From NCBI GenBank assembly GCA_964438075.1, contig CAYTIW010000003.1, forward strand, positions 16,734 to 79,766: DNA of 63,033 nt, in the 5' to 3' direction. Below are positions 60,450 through 63,033 of this stretch, piece by piece. The notes under the pieces are model-generated. The model was not told the origin of the DNA. It searched no databases and saw only the letters and a program-made list of their open reading frames with translations. How positions within the stretch are numbered: the first letter of the stretch is position 1; each line of letters begins with the position of its first letter. The translations under genes and the position numbers were made by a program. This DNA is from an uncultured Planctomycetales bacterium. Its GTDB lineage: Bacteria > Omnitrophota > Gorgyraeia > Zapsychrales > Fredricksoniimonadaceae.

Positions 60450-62003
60450 ATGGCAACAGAACCAAAAAAATCATTAATGGAGGAACTCTACGGTAAAACC
60501 CTCAAGACCTTTGAGGAGGGGCAGATCGTCCAGGGGACCATCGTTGCAAAGGGCAAGGATGAGGTGACGGTCGACATCGGGTTTAAATCCGAAGGCTTCG
60601 TTCTTCTCGAGGAGTTCCGTAACCCCGCCCTTGTCGAGGTCGGGCAAGTATTGGATGTGCTTATCGAGACTATCGAGGATGAGGAAGGAAAGCTCGTCCT
60701 GTCGCACAGCAAGGCTGAGAAGCAGAAGGGCTGGGTGAAGATCGCCGACGTGATAAACGAGGGCGATGTGGTCGATGGCCGGGTGGTCAGGATTGTGAAG
60801 GGCGGTTATATCGTTGATGTGCAGGGCGTGGAAGCGTTCTTGCCGATGTCCCTTTCAGCTTTTAAAGGGGTCCATAATGAAGATATCATGTCCAGGCCCT
60901 ATAAGTTCGTTGTGGCCAAGATGAACAAACAGCGTCGGAACCTGATCCTGTCCCGGCGTGAGGTGGTTCAGAAGGAGCGTGAGGAGAACCGGGAGGTCCT
61001 TTGGAACCAGCTCATAAAGGGGCAACGCCGCACAGGGGTTGTTAAGGGGATAACTGATTTTGGCGCCTTTATTGATTTGGGCGGTGTAGACGGTCTTTTG
61101 CATATCACGGACATGAGCTGGTCCCGCATCAGCCACCCTTCGGAGATCGTCCATTTAGGGCAACGCATTGACGTGCAGATACTGGATTTTGATAAAGAGA
61201 ATTCCAAAGTTTCTCTGGGCCTGAAACAGATCACCACCAATCCCTGGGAAGCTGTTTACGATAAATATCCCGCCGGCACTATAGTAAAGGGCAAGATCGT
61301 CAATATCATGCCGTACGGCGTCTTCGTCGAGGTGGACAAGGGCATCGAGGGGTTGCTGCATGCCTCCGAGATCACCTGGCAGAAGAAGATGGCCAATCCG
61401 CAGGAGATGTTCACTGTGGGCCAGGTGGTGGAAGTGCAGATAATCAACGTCGACAAGGACCAGAAGCGTATTTCGCTTTCGATGAAACAACTGGAAGATA
61501 ATCCGTGGCTGAAGGCCGAAGAGAATTTCCCGATCAAGAGCGTTGTCAAGGGAACGGTACGCGGCTTCGCGGATTATGGTGCTTTTGTGGAGTTGGAGCA
61601 CGGACTGGAGGGGATGATCCACGTTTCCGATATGTCCTGGACCAAGAAGATCAACCACCCGCAGGAGATCTTGCAGAAGGGCCAGCCGGTGGAAGTTATG
61701 GTCCTCGCTGTGGACGGCAAGGGACGCAAGATCACACTGGGTCTGAAACAACTGCAGGTCAATCCTTGGCCGGAGATCGCCAAGAAGTATCCGGTAGAAA
61801 CGGTTTGCGAGGCGACCGTAATTATGAATTCGAATTTCGGCGTGTTCGTAAAGCTGGAGGATGAGGTCGAAGCGCTGGTTTATTCGTCCGAGATCGAGAA
61901 GGAAGAAGCGGCTAAGCTGAAGCCCGGGGATAAAATACGCGTGCGTGTTATCAAGGTCGATGTCGAGCAGATGAAGATAGGCGTCAGCGCCAAGATACAG
62001 TAG
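60450..62003 (+). CDS. rpsA: 30S ribosomal protein S1
   Basis: 517 aa holding six tandem S1 domains (e.g. G.IV.GTIV, GDVVDGRVVRIVKGGYIVDV, RTGVVKGITDFGAFIDLGGVDGLLHITDMSW, GTIVKGKIVNIMPYGVFVEV). Confidence 0.92.
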   Translation: MATEPKKSLMEELYGKTLKTFEEGQIVQGTIVAKGKDEVTVDIGFKSEGFVLLEEFRNPALVEVGQVLDVLIETIEDEEGKLVLSHSKAEKQKGWVKIADVINEGDVVDGRVVRIVKGGYIVDVQGVEAFLPMSLSAFKGVHNEDIMSRPYKFVVAKMNKQRRNLILSRREVVQKEREENREVLWNQLIKGQRRTGVVKGITDFGAFIDLGGVDGLLHITDMSWSRISHPSEIVHLGQRIDVQILDFDKENSKVSLGLKQITTNPWEAVYDKYPAGTIVKGKIVNIMPYGVFVEVDKGIEGLLHASEITWQKKMANPQEMFTVGQVVEVQIINVDKDQKRISLSMKQLEDNPWLKAEENFPIKSVVKGTVRGFADYGAFVELEHGLEGMIHVSDMSWTKKINHPQEILQKGQPVEVMVLAVDGKGRKITLGLKQLQVNPWPEIAKKYPVETVCEATVIMNSNFGVFVKLEDEVEALVYSSEIEKEEAAKLKPGDKIRVRVIKVDVEQMKIGVSAKIQ

Positions 62004-62069
62004 GGAAAAGGTCTAAGCATAGCGAGCGCGGGACGTGTCTTTTACCGACCTTCGGCCTGCTAATTCTTT

Positions 62070-63033
62070 ATGGATATTCAGGAAGCCATCCAGATCATCT
62101 CTCGTGGTACGACCGAGATCATTTCGGTTGAATTATTAGAGAAGAAGCTCACCAAGAGTGCAGCGGACAAAAAACCTTTGGTAATCAAGGCTGGTTTCGA
62201 TCCGACCGCTCCGGATATCCATCTTGGGCACGTGGTGTTGCTTAGGAAGATGAAACAGTTCCAGGACTTGGGGCATCGCGTGGTGTTCCTGATCGGCGAT
62301 TTTACGGCGCAGGTCGGTGACCCGACAGGTCGGAACGAGCTCCGCAAGAAGATGTCACCTGAGGATGTCGAGCGCAACGCCAAGACATATAAAGAACAGG
62401 TCTTTAAGGTATTGGATGCAGAGAAGACCGAAGTGGTATTCAACAGCCATTGGTTTAACCGTTTCAGCGCCCAGAATTTGATGGAGCTGGCGGCCCATTC
62501 GACCGTGGCGCAGACATTGGCACGCGCTGATTTCAAGAAACGCTTCGAAACAGGTGCTGAGATCAGTCTTCTGGAGTTCATTTATCCGCTCTTGCAGGGG
62601 TATGATTCGGTGCATCTAAAGGCTGACGTAGAGTTGGGCGGGTCTGATCAGAAGTTCAACCTTCTCATGGGAAGGCAAGTTCAGGAAGCTTACGGCCAGC
62701 AACCGCAGGTCGTGGTCATGACGCCTCTTTTGGAAGGGTTGGACGGCGTACAGAAGATGTCCAAATCTCTCGGCAATTACATCGGCATCAACGAGCCGGC
62801 GCGCGACCAGTTCGGCAAAGTGATGTCGGTCAGTGATGAATTGATGTACAGATACTTCGAGCTTCTGACGGACCGGGAGTTGGGCGCGGTACGCCGGATG
62901 CATCCGAAGGAGGCGAAGATGGAACTGGCGGGCGAGGTTGTCCGTCAATTCCACGGAACCGATGCGGCCCGGGATGCCCGCGAGCATTTTGAGAGCGTGT
63001 TCTCTCAGAAACAGGTCCCGGATGACGTATTGA
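62070..63033 (+). CDS. tyrS: Tyrosine--tRNA ligase, 3' end beyond the window
   Basis: This gene is not in the ORF track because no stop codon falls inside the window. My translation from ATG 62070 gives [27 protein letters not shown]...[15 protein letters not shown] (HIGH motif) ...[17 protein letters not shown]... and [10 protein letters not shown] (KMSKS at 62754, in frame). The frame stays open to 63033. Confidence 0.88.
   Translation, partial: MDIQEAIQIISRGTTEIISVELLEKKLTKSAADKKPLVIKAGFDPTAPDIHLGHVVLLRKMKQFQDLGHRVVFLIGDFTAQVGDPTGRNELRKKMSPEDVERNAKTYKEQVFKVLDAEKTEVVFNSHWFNRFSAQNLMELAAHSTVAQTLARADFKKRFETGAEISLLEFIYPLLQGYDSVHLKADVELGGSDQKFNLLMGRQVQEAYGQQPQVVVMTPLLEGLDGVQKMSKSLGNYIGINEPARDQFGKVMSVSDELMYRYFELLTDRELGAVRRMHPKEAKMELAGEVVRQFHGTDAARDAREHFESVFSQKQVPDDVL

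Noticed and set aside
62078-62987. Minus-strand ORFs 62078..62581 and 62616..62987, the only ORFs the track lists at the window end
   Set aside because: The + strand frame from ATG 62070 encodes a textbook TyrRS (HIGH and KMSKS motifs in frame). It is missing from the track only because it has no stop codon inside the window.
1-63033. Search for mobile elements, prophage, CRISPR arrays, rRNA/tRNA genes, or toxin-antitoxin and restriction-type defence genes
   Set aside because: I recognised no integrase, transposase or recombinase motifs, no terminal inverted repeats, no regularly spaced repeats and no cloverleaf-capable sequences in the intergenic gaps. The MORN/YwqK-type repeat protein (32069..32986) has no adjacent toxin partner.

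Overview
This is a 63-kb, moderately GC-rich chromosomal segment from a diderm (Gram-negative-type) bacterium. I could not run any searches, so all product calls rest on motifs read from the translations. I support 55 CDS, and all of them are on the + strand. The long minus-strand ORFs in the track look like GC-driven shadow frames. I recognised no rRNA, tRNA, CRISPR array, transposase or integrase.

Gene order:
- (1) A surface block. It holds two tandem paralogous TPS-domain (filamentous-haemagglutinin-type) exoproteins, the first cut by the window edge. These are followed by a FadL/OmpP1-family barrel, a secreted protein built of 15-residue repeats, and a Wzy_C/O-antigen-ligase-like protein with TPRs.
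- (2) A CsoR-fronted copper/silver efflux operon (csoR-cusC-cusB-cusA-YHS) with a recognisable CsoR-type operator inside its promoter.
- (3) A run of small, mostly uncharacterised genes. They include a YiiX-like papain, a retropepsin-like protease, a THUMP methyltransferase, an AT-rich DUF1444-like gene, a quinone oxidoreductase, a cupin, a DUF1456 protein, an M50B-like protein, a YkgJ protein, and a 582-aa protein with an HprK-like P-loop.
- (4) An envelope redox cluster. It holds a DsbA-like protein, a MauE/DoxX-like protein, an apparently exported Memo-AMMECR1 fusion, and a small twin-CX3C membrane protein.
- (5) A RodA-like gene, a MORN/YwqK repeat protein, and an overlapping S1-protease / FHA-membrane-protein pair.
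- (6) Two GT-C (family 39-like) glycosyltransferases.
- (7) A complete-looking type IV pilus locus with an unusual head: MshEN-only protein, PilB, PilB, MshEN-only protein. It continues with PilC, a secreted coiled-coil protein, a pilin and PilMNOPQ.
- (8) A housekeeping block: rng, rplU, obg, proB, proA, nadD, a phosphohexomutase, plsC, a methyltransferase, rpsA, and 5'-tyrS running off the window.

The candidates most worth follow-up are the pilus-locus head (stand-alone MshEN-like proteins flanking two PilB paralogues), the exported Memo-AMMECR1 / DsbA / MauE / CX3C cluster, the tandem TPS paralogues with an unrecognised conserved C-terminal domain, the 15-residue-repeat protein, and the protease-FHA pair.
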